Shown here: positions 19,024-28,298 of the stretch, piece after piece | Layout of the letters: each line of letters starts with the position of its first letter | How positions within the stretch are numbered: the stretch's first letter is position 1 | Assembly: GCA_963663385.2 (NCBI GenBank) | Contig: CAXXXD010000001.1 | Span: 521,497 to 585,496, forward strand | Length of the DNA stretch: 64,000 nt | Reading direction: 5' to 3' | Source of the DNA: Oceanispirochaeta sp. | GTDB lineage: Bacteria; Spirochaetota; Spirochaetia; DSM-2461 | Notes under the pieces: model-generated | The model's input: only the letters and a program-made list of their open reading frames with translations | Databases searched by the model: none | Told to the model about the DNA's origin: nothing | Translations under genes and position numbers: made by a program

Positions 19024-20130
19024 CTAACTTTTAAGTAAAACCCGTTCCGCCAGCACCGCAGCTCCCACCAGATTGGGGTTCATATTCTTTTCATCCAGTA
19101 TGGAGGGCCGGAGGTAACTCATAATCCCCATCTTTCCCAGCAGCCGCTGGCAGGAGGGACCAAAGTAGGGTAGGGCATAACTCGGCTTTCCTCCCAGAAA
19201 AATCGGGATGCCTTCAGGGATGTCGTCCCTGGCCGCGGCTTTCAGCATATGCTTTGTCGCCTCCGCCAGGATCTTTCCATAGAGCCTGTCAGTTAAAATA
19301 GCCGACTCTACACGCATGTTGGAAAGCTTGCTGATATGCTGCCCTGCTACAGAGGGGTCGTTGATCTGCTTTACCTCATGTATATCCAGAAAGCGTTCGT
19401 AGAAGGTATCATCCCCTACGATCGCCCGGAAAAGACGGCAGCGGCCGGGTCCGGACAGAATGACCTCCGCCCTCAGGGTGTCCGGGTTGCCTCCCGGTCC
19501 CAGAATAACCGATTCCGGAAGGTCGGGATCGTCCTTCAGGTACTCTTCAAACAGATCGTAGGAGGCTCCCACTTCCAGAAACAGCAGGCGCAGCCGGTGC
19601 TTCTGCAGGGGAATGGCATAGCCCGGTTCATTGGTGTAATGCAGGCTGGAATCCCGGCCGTCCCAGTCATGGGCGGGGAAACGGACCTCTCCCTCCCGGC
19701 TGATCCAGGCGCCGCCCCATCCGCCGCCGAAAACCCAGAAGAGGAGCTCCGTCTTCAGGATGCTCCACTCTGCCAGAGCGCCCGTATTGGCATCGTTATC
19801 GATGGCCGCGGGAACCTGGAACGCTTCCTCTAGAGCCTTGCGTATATTATGCCCGTTATACCGGGCGCAGTTGGCAAAGAGCTGAAAACCGCCGTCGGAA
19901 CTGAGTATCCCCGCAGAGGAGATCCCTATGGAAAGCACTTTGCCGTGCGGAGGCAGGGCCTTCCGGATGGTATCTGCCATATGAGAACTGAAGTCCTCGA
20001 AATCCAGAGAGTACTCCTCAATGCCCAGCAGCTCTTCAGATACCTTCTCCTGGTTTTTATTGAAACAGGCAATTTTGGCGCCCCGTCCGGCTCCTATATC
20101 CACCGCAGCATAGTAGTGATCATGACTCAT
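19024..20130 (-). CDS. Divergent ROK-family protein (sugar kinase/regulator)
   Basis: AAVDIGAG, IGISSAG, IDNDANTGALAE, GGGWGGA and LVGAA. Confidence 0.75.
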   Translation of the reverse strand: MSHDHYYAAVDIGAGRGAKIACFNKNQEKVSEELLGIEEYSLDFEDFSSHMADTIRKALPPHGKVLSIGISSAGILSSDGGFQLFANCARYNGHNIRKALEEAFQVPAAIDNDANTGALAEWSILKTELLFWVFGGGWGGAWISREGEVRFPAHDWDGRDSSLHYTNEPGYAIPLQKHRLRLLFLEVGASYDLFEEYLKDDPDLPESVILGPGGNPDTLRAEVILSGPGRCRLFRAIVGDDTFYERFLDIHEVKQINDPSVAGQHISKLSNMRVESAILTDRLYGKILAEATKHMLKAAARDDIPEGIPIFLGGKPSYALPYFGPSCQRLLGKMGIMSYLRPSILDEKNMNPNLVGAAVLAERVLLKS

Positions 20131-20163
20131 GGCAGTCTCCTTCCTGTAAGTATATCATGCTGA

Positions 20164-20880
20164 TTAGAATTGTATTTCCCTGAGTACCCTGTCCAGTTCG
20201 TCTGCCAGAAGAGCGGCTCCGTTTCTATTCAAATGAACCCCGTCTGTTGTAAGGTGCAGCCCCCTGGACTCGGATACTTCCTCCGGAGCTGCTGCAGCCA
20301 TATCAGCGGGAGAACTGAAAAGCCAGTCCGATCCGGGCTGCAGGGGAAGAAGCGCCGCTTCTGTGGCCTTTCCCATATCGGCCAGGTGGATGTGCAATTC
20401 ATCTCCTCCCGAGTTCTGCAAACTCCGGATCTCCCGGTTCAGATGGTGTCGTTGTCTGTTCAGAGGATGAGTCAGATTTTCTGTAAGGTTTGGAATTGTC
20501 ATCAGAATCAGATGTTTTATTCCGGCTTCCCTAATCAGATTCAGAATCTCCTCGAGACAGGCTCGGAATTCCTGCCTGTTTTCTACCGGGATACTCCCAT
20601 GCCGGGCCAGTTTGCGGAAAAAGGGTCCCCACTCCTTTTGGTGGTGTCTGGTCATATAGGGGATCAGCAGATCATTCCCGCCTCCGTCAAGGATCAGAAT
20701 ATCCGGAGTAGACTGTGATTCCAGATAGCTTTTCAGATTACGGAGGATTCCCTTCAGGGGTGCTCCGTCCTGCCCATGGTTGATCAGTTTGAACCTTTGG
20801 ATTTCCCGGGAGTATTCCAGAAAGGATTCTCCAATATTTCCGGCAATCAGGCTGTCCCCCAGGGCCAGTACTTTTTTCAT
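20164..20880 (-). CDS. SGNH/GDSL hydrolase
   Basis: ALGDSL, G..G, GGND and DGVHLN. Confidence 0.88.
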   Translation of the reverse strand: MKKVLALGDSLIAGNIGESFLEYSREIQRFKLINHGQDGAPLKGILRNLKSYLESQSTPDILILDGGGNDLLIPYMTRHHQKEWGPFFRKLARHGSIPVENRQEFRACLEEILNLIREAGIKHLILMTIPNLTENLTHPLNRQRHHLNREIRSLQNSGGDELHIHLADMGKATEAALLPLQPGSDWLFSSPADMAAAAPEEVSESRGLHLTTDGVHLNRNGAALLADELDRVLREIQF

Positions 20881-23800
20881 CTAACTTACTCCTCCCTCTT
20901 TCCAGCTGCAGTGGATCCGGCTGCCTTTCTCGGGCTGACGGCTGATTCCAAGCCATACATCCAGGTCCTGTCTCATCTCTTCCACATGGGATATAAGGCC
21001 TATGATGCGGCCTTCCCGGCTGATCTGCCTGAGGGTCTCCATAACGGTCTCCAGGGTGTCCTTATCAAGGGTTCCAAAGCCTTCATCCAGAAAGAAGAAG
21101 TGATCTTTTCCCTTCCCGGTCTGTTCTGCCAGAGCCAGGGCCAGAGAGAGGGCCGCCTGAAAAGTCTGTCCCCCCGAGAGGGTTTTGACAAACCGGGTTT
21201 TCCCCTCATTCAGATAGTCTCTTACCAGTATGACATTCTCTTCAAATACCAGTTCAAGGGTTCTTCCGCTGAGGGGGAAGAACCTTTCGTTGGCCCGGTG
21301 ACAAATTTCCTGAAGATAGATGGCGGCAATATACTCTGTAAATTTCTTCCCTTTAAACAAGCCGGTCAGCTCCTTGAGGTTCTCTTCCCGGATCAGTGTT
21401 TTCTTCAGGGCCTCTCCGGACCTGGCTTTTTCTTTCAGCCCAGAATTCAGATCCTCTCTCTGTTTTTCCATGGCTCCGCGGGAGGCTGTCAGCCTGTTTC
21501 TTTCAGCTTCTGCTTCTCCGATCAGGTTCCTGAGGGATAGAAGTTCCTCTTCCTTAAAAGGGCGGTCAGCCAGAAGAATCTCCAGCTGATTCAGACGATT
21601 CTCCAGGATAGTGCGTTCCTTTGTAAAATGCTCAATGGCTTTCTCTTCCTGTTCTATATTCAGATTCATGGTAAGGATCTGTTCAGCTTTCTGCAGCTCT
21701 TTCAATCCGCTTTTCTCCAGGGCTTTCCGGATGGATTCAGTCTGTTCGGCTCCTCTCCGATTCAGATCTTCCAGCAAAGCCTCTATGGTATTCAGTTCAT
21801 TCTCCGTTTTCCCAAGGGCTTTTTCCCTGATATCTTTCAGTTCAAGGGCCCGGGGATACTCCCGTTCGAGCCGGTTCAGATGATCCCGGAGTCGCTGCTG
21901 CTCCATTCCGGCATTTTCGGGAAGGATTGTTTTATGCTCTTTGGATAACTGTTCCCGCCAGGTTGCTTCTGCTGCGCTCAGCTTTCCCAGCTCCAGATTG
22001 ATCTCCTGTTCTCTTTTTTTGACAGATTCAGATGCTTCATGAAAATCTTTTAATTTCCCGTCAAGAATCTTGAGCTTCTGATAGTCCTCCCTGAGGTTTG
22101 CCTGAAGGGATTGGGCTTTTCTCTTATAGCGTTGAAATTCTTCCGGTTCATCAGCCTTATGGCCCTCCCAGAGAAAGGCGTTCAACTGCCCATTCAGGCG
22201 CTCTTCCATTTCTGCCAGCTGCTTTTCACAGTCAGGGAGCTTCCGGTTTATCCTGTCTCTGCCGTCGGTATAGCGGTTCCATATTTTCTGCAGGGCGGAT
22301 AGTTTCTGTTCTATTTCAAGGAGCTCCCGGTCTGATGAGGCAAGAGCCTCCTCCTGTTTATCGAACGCTCCCGCGGAAAGCGGCTGGGGATGATCCAGAG
22401 ACCCGCAGACAGGGCAGGCTTGTCCCTCTTTCAGTTCTCCTGACAGGGCAATCAGTCTCTTTTCAGTTTGCAGGCGAACCTCTTTTTCGTTCTGTTCCTG
22501 CTTCCGTATATTCAGATCTGCCGTTTTCTTTTCAATAAGATCCAGGAAGAGTTTCTCCATGCTCTCCGTATCGGGAGAGTGAGTCCCGGGTTTCAATTCA
22601 GATCTGAGGGATTCGGACAGCTCCAGTTTCTCTTTCTGAAATTCTTTCACCTCATTTTTATGAATATCCCTGTTTTTCTGAAGTCGTTCATTTGTTATGA
22701 ACCACTCTTCCATCTGATGAAGTTCCTCCCAGTCCGGAAGATCTTTCTCCTTTTCATCTATCTCTGATTGAATTTTCTCCCTCTGGCTGCCTAGTTCCTT
22801 TTCCTGCTGACGACAGGTCAACAGTTCATTCTCCAGAGAGGATTTCTCTTCTTTTATTGTTTCAGTCTTTGTCTGAATCCGGTAGATTTCACAGGCTGCA
22901 TTATAAGATCTGAGGAGCGTATTGAGTTTCTCTTTCTTCTCCCAGGAGGATTTGAGATTTTCCCAGGCCGGTTTGTTTTCACTCTCCTCTTTCAGGAGGG
23001 CAGCCTGTTTTAAAAGAAGCTGCTGTTTATGTTTCTCTTTTAATGAAACATCTTCTTCCAGAGACTTTTTCTGCTGAAGAAGCAGATGAAATCCGGCATG
23101 AATCTCCTTGTAGAGGTTCAGTCTTTCCTGCCGCTCTTTAAATTCCGGAATCCGCAGCTGAAGGGAATTCTGTTTCCGAAGCAGCTGTTTCCGCTCCAGA
23201 TAGAGTGCTGAACTCTCTTCCAGAACCTTGAATTCCTCTTTCTGCTGAATGAGTCGTGTTTCCAGAGTCTTCAGCTCGTTCCTGAGAATCTGCAGTTCCT
23301 GATCCAGCCGGGTCAGATCCTCTGTACGGAATTTTTCCAGCTCTTCCATCCGTCCCTGCTGAAAGGCTCTGTCGGAACGTACCTTGGAAAGAAGGGAGGC
23401 GCTTTTTCCGTATAGATTGAATTTTTCAAGATTAAAGAGGGATTCGATCATCCCCGTTCTCTGGGAAGGGGTTAACTGGATAAACTCCTGGAACTTTCCC
23501 TGGGGAATAATAACCGTACGGCGAAAATGTTCGTAGGAAAGCCCCAGCAGGGATTCGGCTGTTACGCCTCCGCGGATATTCTGATCTTCCAGGGGAATCC
23601 ATTCTTCCCCGTTCCGGCGGTATCCCTGCCGTTCCGGTGTGGATATCACGTCAAAGTTCTTTTTCTGTCTTTTTGCGGATACCGTAAAGCGGTAAAGGGA
23701 TTTTTCATGGGAAAACTCAAAGTCGATAAACATCCTGTCCGACTGGAGGTTCATCATATTGTATCCCCGCTGTTCCGTCTGACTCAGCCGCTCGATCTGC

Positions 23801-23961
23801 CCGTACAGGGCATAGGTCATGGATTCCAGAATGGCGGATTTTCCCGATCCCACAGGCCCGAAGATACCGAAGATCCCTCCTCCTGTGAGAGACTGAAAAT
23901 CGATAGTCTGTTTTTCCCGGTAGGAGTATACCCCCTCGAGGCTCAGTTTCCGGGGGATCAT
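20881..23961 (-). CDS. sbcC: SbcC (Rad50-like SMC ATPase)
   Basis: GPVGSGKS, IPQGKF, long coiled coil with CPVCGS zinc hook, TLSGGQTF, FLDEGFGTLD and ISHV. Confidence 0.95.
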   Translation of the reverse strand: MIPRKLSLEGVYSYREKQTIDFQSLTGGGIFGIFGPVGSGKSAILESMTYALYGQIERLSQTEQRGYNMMNLQSDRMFIDFEFSHEKSLYRFTVSAKRQKKNFDVISTPERQGYRRNGEEWIPLEDQNIRGGVTAESLLGLSYEHFRRTVIIPQGKFQEFIQLTPSQRTGMIESLFNLEKFNLYGKSASLLSKVRSDRAFQQGRMEELEKFRTEDLTRLDQELQILRNELKTLETRLIQQKEEFKVLEESSALYLERKQLLRKQNSLQLRIPEFKERQERLNLYKEIHAGFHLLLQQKKSLEEDVSLKEKHKQQLLLKQAALLKEESENKPAWENLKSSWEKKEKLNTLLRSYNAACEIYRIQTKTETIKEEKSSLENELLTCRQQEKELGSQREKIQSEIDEKEKDLPDWEELHQMEEWFITNERLQKNRDIHKNEVKEFQKEKLELSESLRSELKPGTHSPDTESMEKLFLDLIEKKTADLNIRKQEQNEKEVRLQTEKRLIALSGELKEGQACPVCGSLDHPQPLSAGAFDKQEEALASSDRELLEIEQKLSALQKIWNRYTDGRDRINRKLPDCEKQLAEMEERLNGQLNAFLWEGHKADEPEEFQRYKRKAQSLQANLREDYQKLKILDGKLKDFHEASESVKKREQEINLELGKLSAAEATWREQLSKEHKTILPENAGMEQQRLRDHLNRLEREYPRALELKDIREKALGKTENELNTIEALLEDLNRRGAEQTESIRKALEKSGLKELQKAEQILTMNLNIEQEEKAIEHFTKERTILENRLNQLEILLADRPFKEEELLSLRNLIGEAEAERNRLTASRGAMEKQREDLNSGLKEKARSGEALKKTLIREENLKELTGLFKGKKFTEYIAAIYLQEICHRANERFFPLSGRTLELVFEENVILVRDYLNEGKTRFVKTLSGGQTFQAALSLALALAEQTGKGKDHFFFLDEGFGTLDKDTLETVMETLRQISREGRIIGLISHVEEMRQDLDVWLGISRQPEKGSRIHCSWKEGGVS

Positions 23962-25184
23962 GATGGTTCCTCCCCGGCCAGTATTTCATCAAAAAGGGCC
24001 ATCAGTTCTTCGCTCGGTTCCAGATTCTGTCTGCAGTGACGGTAGTACTCTCTAAACAGCTCCTTTACCGGTTTGGACAGGATGGCTGCGCTTCTCTCCG
24101 TTGGAAAGGCATCTTCTTTTTCCAGAACGGGTATTACAGACAGGATCCGGGGATGAGAGTGGAGGAGCTTCTGCTTTTCCGAACCTGAAATATAGTCTCC
24201 GGTTTTCATAATCAGCTCTATGTAGCCTTCAGGATGATCCTTCAGCCACTCAACCGCTTCTTCGGTGCTCCGGAAGGTCTCTCGGTAGAGGGGCCAGGGG
24301 CTTTTCAGCTGATGGAAACGGAAAGAGGCTTTTTTCCCCGGTCTGATCTCTGTCAGAACAACGCATTTCTTCCCTTTCAGTTCGTTCATACTGTATACGG
24401 CAGGACTTCCCGAATAGACCGTCGGAATTTTCCCGGACAGGGGAAAACCCCTGTGCAGGTGTCCCAAGGCGGCATACTGGCAGTTTTCCGGAAGGTCTTC
24501 CGTATAGATCCTCTCCAGTCCCCCCGGATGGAGGATGGACTTTTCTCCCTCCGGCTCCTCTTCCTGCAGCAGTTCTCCTCTGCAGCCCATATAAAGATGG
24601 GCGGCCAGGAGGTTTACCGTGACAGGTGTATAATACTTTTCCGCCAGATCCTTCCACTGATCCCTTATCACCTGTCGAAGGGACTCTTCCCTGTCTTCCG
24701 TACCAAGAAATCGCCTCAGTCTTACCTCGTTGGCGTAGGGCGTGCAGATAACCCGGGCCGATTCCCCCGAAGCCAGACCGTCCAGGCAGATGATTCCGGG
24801 GGCGGGAAACCGGACTGTCAGTCCGCCGGAGAAGCCGATATCTCCGGGACGGCTTTCGGGGTAACCCATAAAAAATATCCCGCACTCCCGGGCCAGTGGG
24901 TCCGGGGCTTCTATATGATCCGGCGCATCATGGTTTCCCGCCAGAGCTATCACAGGGGTCGGACCGTCTCCGGCCAGGCGTTTCAGGGTTTTATAGAGGA
25001 GCTCAATGGCTTCATGAGGCGGATTCCATGTGTCATACAGATCTCCCGACAGGATAATCAGGTCCGGTTTCTCACTCTCTTTCAGGGCTATAATCTCCTG
25101 AAGGATCTCCTCCTGCTCCTTCAGACGGGAGAAGGGTCCGAGTTTTTTGCCGAGATGCCAGTCTGAGCTGTGGAGTATTTTCAT
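23958..25184 (-). CDS. sbcD: SbcD (Mre11-like) exonuclease
   Basis: ILHSSDWHLG, SGDLYD, AGNHD and YAALGHLH. Confidence 0.95.
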   Translation of the reverse strand: MKILHSSDWHLGKKLGPFSRLKEQEEILQEIIALKESEKPDLIILSGDLYDTWNPPHEAIELLYKTLKRLAGDGPTPVIALAGNHDAPDHIEAPDPLARECGIFFMGYPESRPGDIGFSGGLTVRFPAPGIICLDGLASGESARVICTPYANEVRLRRFLGTEDREESLRQVIRDQWKDLAEKYYTPVTVNLLAAHLYMGCRGELLQEEEPEGEKSILHPGGLERIYTEDLPENCQYAALGHLHRGFPLSGKIPTVYSGSPAVYSMNELKGKKCVVLTEIRPGKKASFRFHQLKSPWPLYRETFRSTEEAVEWLKDHPEGYIELIMKTGDYISGSEKQKLLHSHPRILSVIPVLEKEDAFPTERSAAILSKPVKELFREYYRHCRQNLEPSEELMALFDEILAGEEPS

Positions 25185-25185
25185 C

Positions 25186-25860
25186 TTATGTCAATGTAAG
25201 GGTATTCGCCTGATCCATCAACTGCCCGGCAATTTCATACATATTGGAAACCGTACCGATTTTTTTCTCTCCGCTGAGTTTCAGATAGTCCAGGCAGGTT
25301 CCGCAAACCAGAATACGGCAACCATCCTTCTCCAGTGTTTCCAGATCTTTTAAACTTTCCGAACCGGAGCAGGCCAGAGAGACTCCCCCATTCATAAAAA
25401 TAAGACATTCCGGTTTGCTGTCCAGCTGAGTCAGGGTATAGATAAACCCTTTCATCAGCAGTTTTCCCAATTCCCCGTTTCCCCGGCCGATTTCCGGAGC
25501 TCCGATCATAATGGTTTTGGGAGCCTCCCCCATCCCCTCCAGAGGAGGGGTGCAACTTTCCAATCGCATCTCCCCTTTGGGGAGATTGAGAGGGGTCTCT
25601 CTGCGGGTTCCATCGGAACTGCTTTCGAAATTACCCGGTTCCGCTGTAATGATCCATGAGCTGTTTTCTTCCGGATTATCCTGCCATTGTATATTTTCGA
25701 CTCCGGCTTTATTCAGAAAACGGCAGACATTTTCCCGGGCGGCGCTGTTATTAACCAGAATCTCCAGTATCTGGAAATTTTCCTTTTCAAGGGCTTCCTT
25801 TGTTTTTAGAAGAGGGCGGGGGCAGGGGAGATTACGGGCATCCACTGTAAATTTTTTCAT
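25186..25860 (-). CDS. yedF: Selenium metabolism protein YedF (TusA/SirA domain + DsrE-like domain)
   Basis: VDARNLPCPRPLLKTK (TusA); IGRG..ELG..LMKGFIYTL, MNGGV and ILVCGTCLDY..IG.VSNMYEI. Confidence 0.88.
   Translation of the reverse strand: MKKFTVDARNLPCPRPLLKTKEALEKENFQILEILVNNSAARENVCRFLNKAGVENIQWQDNPEENSSWIITAEPGNFESSSDGTRRETPLNLPKGEMRLESCTPPLEGMGEAPKTIMIGAPEIGRGNGELGKLLMKGFIYTLTQLDSKPECLIFMNGGVSLACSGSESLKDLETLEKDGCRILVCGTCLDYLKLSGEKKIGTVSNMYEIAGQLMDQANTLTLT
25524..25598. repeat. 75-bp double-hairpin REP-like element (family A), in-frame within yedF
   Basis: 64/75 identical, ungapped, to 53806-53880; hairpins CCCCTCC-3-GGAGGGG and TCTCCCC-3-GGGGAGA. Confidence 0.85.
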
Positions 25861-26107
25861 AAAGAGTACTCCTGTTTTCAGATTTTACTATAAGATAGCA
25901 TTCGGCATAGGGAAACAGTTCTCCCCTGGCGATCTGTTCGATCTGTTCTTCATCCATAGTCAGTTCCAGACTGAAACCGCACTCAGCAAAAATCTCTGTG
26001 GGGGTCGGGATCAGTCGACTGGATACGGGCTCTTTCTTCATCTTCTTCTCGGCGGATAGGGCCTGATGGGTGGTCTGAAAGGTAAATAGAAAATTATGCA
26101 TCGGCAA
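25832..26107 (-). CDS. DUF3343 (Se/S carrier-like) small protein
   Basis: LFTFQTTHQALSAEK...LIPTPTEI.AECGFSL; typical neighbour of selD/yedF. Confidence 0.8.
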   Translation of the reverse strand: MPMHNFLFTFQTTHQALSAEKKMKKEPVSSRLIPTPTEIFAECGFSLELTMDEEQIEQIARGELFPYAECYLIVKSENRSTLYEKIYSGCP

Positions 26108-27134
26108 TAATCCTTCCGCTTCCGGCTTCCACTCGTCCTATTACCGCGGGATTCTGTCCGGCTGCTTCAAGTTCGGCCCGTACAACCTCGGCGTCTTCTT
26201 CCGGGAGGGCGGCCAGCAGACCGCCTGATGTCTGGGGATCAAAGAGCAGATCCACCAGTTCGGGATCGAGCTTCTCCCCGTCTTTCAGCCAGGGAAAGCG
26301 GAACTCTCTGTTTGTAAATGTACCCTCCGGTACCAAACCCATCCCGATATACTCTTTCACCCCCGGCAGAAGAGGCAGTCTTTGCGTCTCAATCCGGAAG
26401 TCGACATTTCCCTCCTGGACCATCTCTGCCGCGTGGCCGACCAGCCCGAAACCGGTTATATCTGTCATAGCTGAAACCCGGTGTTTCATAAGCAGTTCCG
26501 ATGCTTTTCTGTTAAGGGTTGTCATGGATTTTTCTGCTGCCCGGACCGCTTCGGCAGAAGCCAGCTCCGCTTTCAGGGCTGTGTTGACAGTGCCGGTTCC
26601 CAGTGGCTTGGTCAGGAGCAGTACATCCCCCACGCGGGGTGTGTTGTTTCGGACCGCCTGATCAGGATGTATAATCCCGTTAACGGAAAAGCCGAATTTC
26701 AACTCCTCATCCTTAACGCTGTGTCCTCCCAGAAGAGCGGTTTCCGCTTCTGCCAGGATGTCCAGCCCTCCCTGCATGATTTGCCGGAGCCAGGAAATAT
26801 CCAGTTCCTGCTCCGGGAAACAGACGACGCTGACGGCCGTAATGGGGGTTCCTCCCATAGCGTAGATATCCGACAGGGCATTGGCTGCCGCTATTTTGCC
26901 AAACAGATAGGGGTCGTCCGAGATAGGCGGGAAAAAGTCAATTGTCTGTACCAGAGCTATTTGATCATTCAATCTGTAGACACCTGCATCCTCACTCCCG
27001 TGAAAATCAGAAATCACATTGGGATAATGGGGCTGGCTCATCTGGCAAAGGGCTTTATCCAGCAGAGCAGGCCCCAGTTTGGCTCCGCAGCCGGAAAAAC
27101 GGGAATAGCGGGTTAGTTTAACAGATTCATTCAT
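26094..27134 (-). CDS. selD: Selenide, water dikinase (Cys-type)
   Basis: LT..S..SGCGAKL, EDAGVY, QTIDFFPP, ANALSDIYAMGG, TDITGFGL.GH and DPQTSGGLL. Confidence 0.96.
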   Translation of the reverse strand: MNESVKLTRYSRFSGCGAKLGPALLDKALCQMSQPHYPNVISDFHGSEDAGVYRLNDQIALVQTIDFFPPISDDPYLFGKIAAANALSDIYAMGGTPITAVSVVCFPEQELDISWLRQIMQGGLDILAEAETALLGGHSVKDEELKFGFSVNGIIHPDQAVRNNTPRVGDVLLLTKPLGTGTVNTALKAELASAEAVRAAEKSMTTLNRKASELLMKHRVSAMTDITGFGLVGHAAEMVQEGNVDFRIETQRLPLLPGVKEYIGMGLVPEGTFTNREFRFPWLKDGEKLDPELVDLLFDPQTSGGLLAALPEEDAEVVRAELEAAGQNPAVIGRVEAGSGRIIADA

Positions 27135-28282
27135 AGACTCTCCTTCAGAAGTTCAATTACCTTGCTGATTTCATGGTTGGTGTTAAAAGGTCCTGATGAA
27201 AAGCGTATGGTACCGCCTCCGTCAAAACTCCTCAGGGTCTGATGAGCCCCCGGAGCGCATTGCAGGCCTGCCCGGACAGCTATATCGTTCTCGTTAAGAA
27301 TCCCTGTTAAATCGGACAGGCTCCTGTTCAGGGGATACAGGGAGAGGACTTTTGTGTAGGACAACTGTTCTGTGTTCTGTGGGTGTCCGATTATCTTCAG
27401 CTTCCCCTCCTCTTCCAGCATACGGACTTTATTCAGGAAAAGGGTGAAGGTTTCGTCAGGACCTTCTTCGGTATCCCTGTTTATCAGATAGGCCATACTA
27501 TGAAGCCAGCCGGCCAGACCCGGGATATTGGGCGTTCCGCTTTCGAACTTGTCCGGAAGAAAATCCGGCTGGAATTCTTCGTTGGACCGGCTTCCCGTTC
27601 CCCCCCTTTTCAGAGGAGTCAGGGTTTCCGGATCTCTTATATACAAGCCCCCCGTACCGGCTGGAGCCAGAAGTCCCTTATGCCCAGAGAAACAGAAGTA
27701 ATCGGCCCCCCATGCCTGGGGATAGAGAGGTGTCTCTCCTGCCGCCTGTGCGGCATCGATACAGATCGGCGTGTTGTAACGGGCGGCAATCCGGCACATC
27801 TCCTCAACGGGAAAAACAATCCCGTTTACATTGGATGCGGCGGTAGTCACAATCAGGCGGGGTTTCTGTTCCCGGATCATCTTTTCGTAGATTTTCAGAT
27901 CGGGGAAACCTGTTTCCGGACTGCAGGGAAACTGGTAGAGCGCCAGGTCGTTTCTCTGCTCCAGGTAGCGGAGCGGGCGCATAACCGCGTTATGTTCCAT
28001 CCGGGATGTAATAACTCTGTCTCCCCGGTTCAACAGACCGGAGAATACCGTATTCAGGGATTCTGTCGTTCCGTTTGTGAAGACAATACCGGAACTGTCC
28101 TCTATGCGAAAATACTCTGCCAGACTTTCCCGTAAATCGAAAAGCAGGCGATCCGAGGCTATTCCCGCCTTATGGGAGCTGCGGCCGGGATTCCCTATGG
28201 GGTGGAGGATGGCCATGCTGACGGCATCGGCTGTTCCCGGTGCTTTGGGCCAGGATGTGGCGGCATTGTCCAGGTATATCAC
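27131..28282 (-). CDS. Class V aminotransferase / cysteine desulfurase-like (selenium-cluster type)
   Basis: IYLDNAATSWPK, SNVNG, DAAQ, SGHKGL and RAGLQCAP. Confidence 0.9.
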   Translation of the reverse strand: MIYLDNAATSWPKAPGTADAVSMAILHPIGNPGRSSHKAGIASDRLLFDLRESLAEYFRIEDSSGIVFTNGTTESLNTVFSGLLNRGDRVITSRMEHNAVMRPLRYLEQRNDLALYQFPCSPETGFPDLKIYEKMIREQKPRLIVTTAASNVNGIVFPVEEMCRIAARYNTPICIDAAQAAGETPLYPQAWGADYFCFSGHKGLLAPAGTGGLYIRDPETLTPLKRGGTGSRSNEEFQPDFLPDKFESGTPNIPGLAGWLHSMAYLINRDTEEGPDETFTLFLNKVRMLEEEGKLKIIGHPQNTEQLSYTKVLSLYPLNRSLSDLTGILNENDIAVRAGLQCAPGAHQTLRSFDGGGTIRFSSGPFNTNHEISKVIELLKESL

Positions 28283-28298
28283 GTTTCTGCTTCCTGTC

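Noticed and set aside
24234..25166. Long antisense ORFs (e.g. 24234-25166, 27383-28135, 43531-44319)
   Set aside because: They are shadows of well-supported genes on the opposite strand and have no recognisable motifs.
20881..25184. SbcCD as an anti-phage or Wadjet-like defence system
   Set aside because: A canonical sbcD-sbcC pair with no accessory defence genes.
26094..27134. Possible selenocysteine (UGA) in SelD or neighbouring genes
   Set aside because: The active-site motif is SGCGAK with a normal Cys codon, and the ORFs are uninterrupted.
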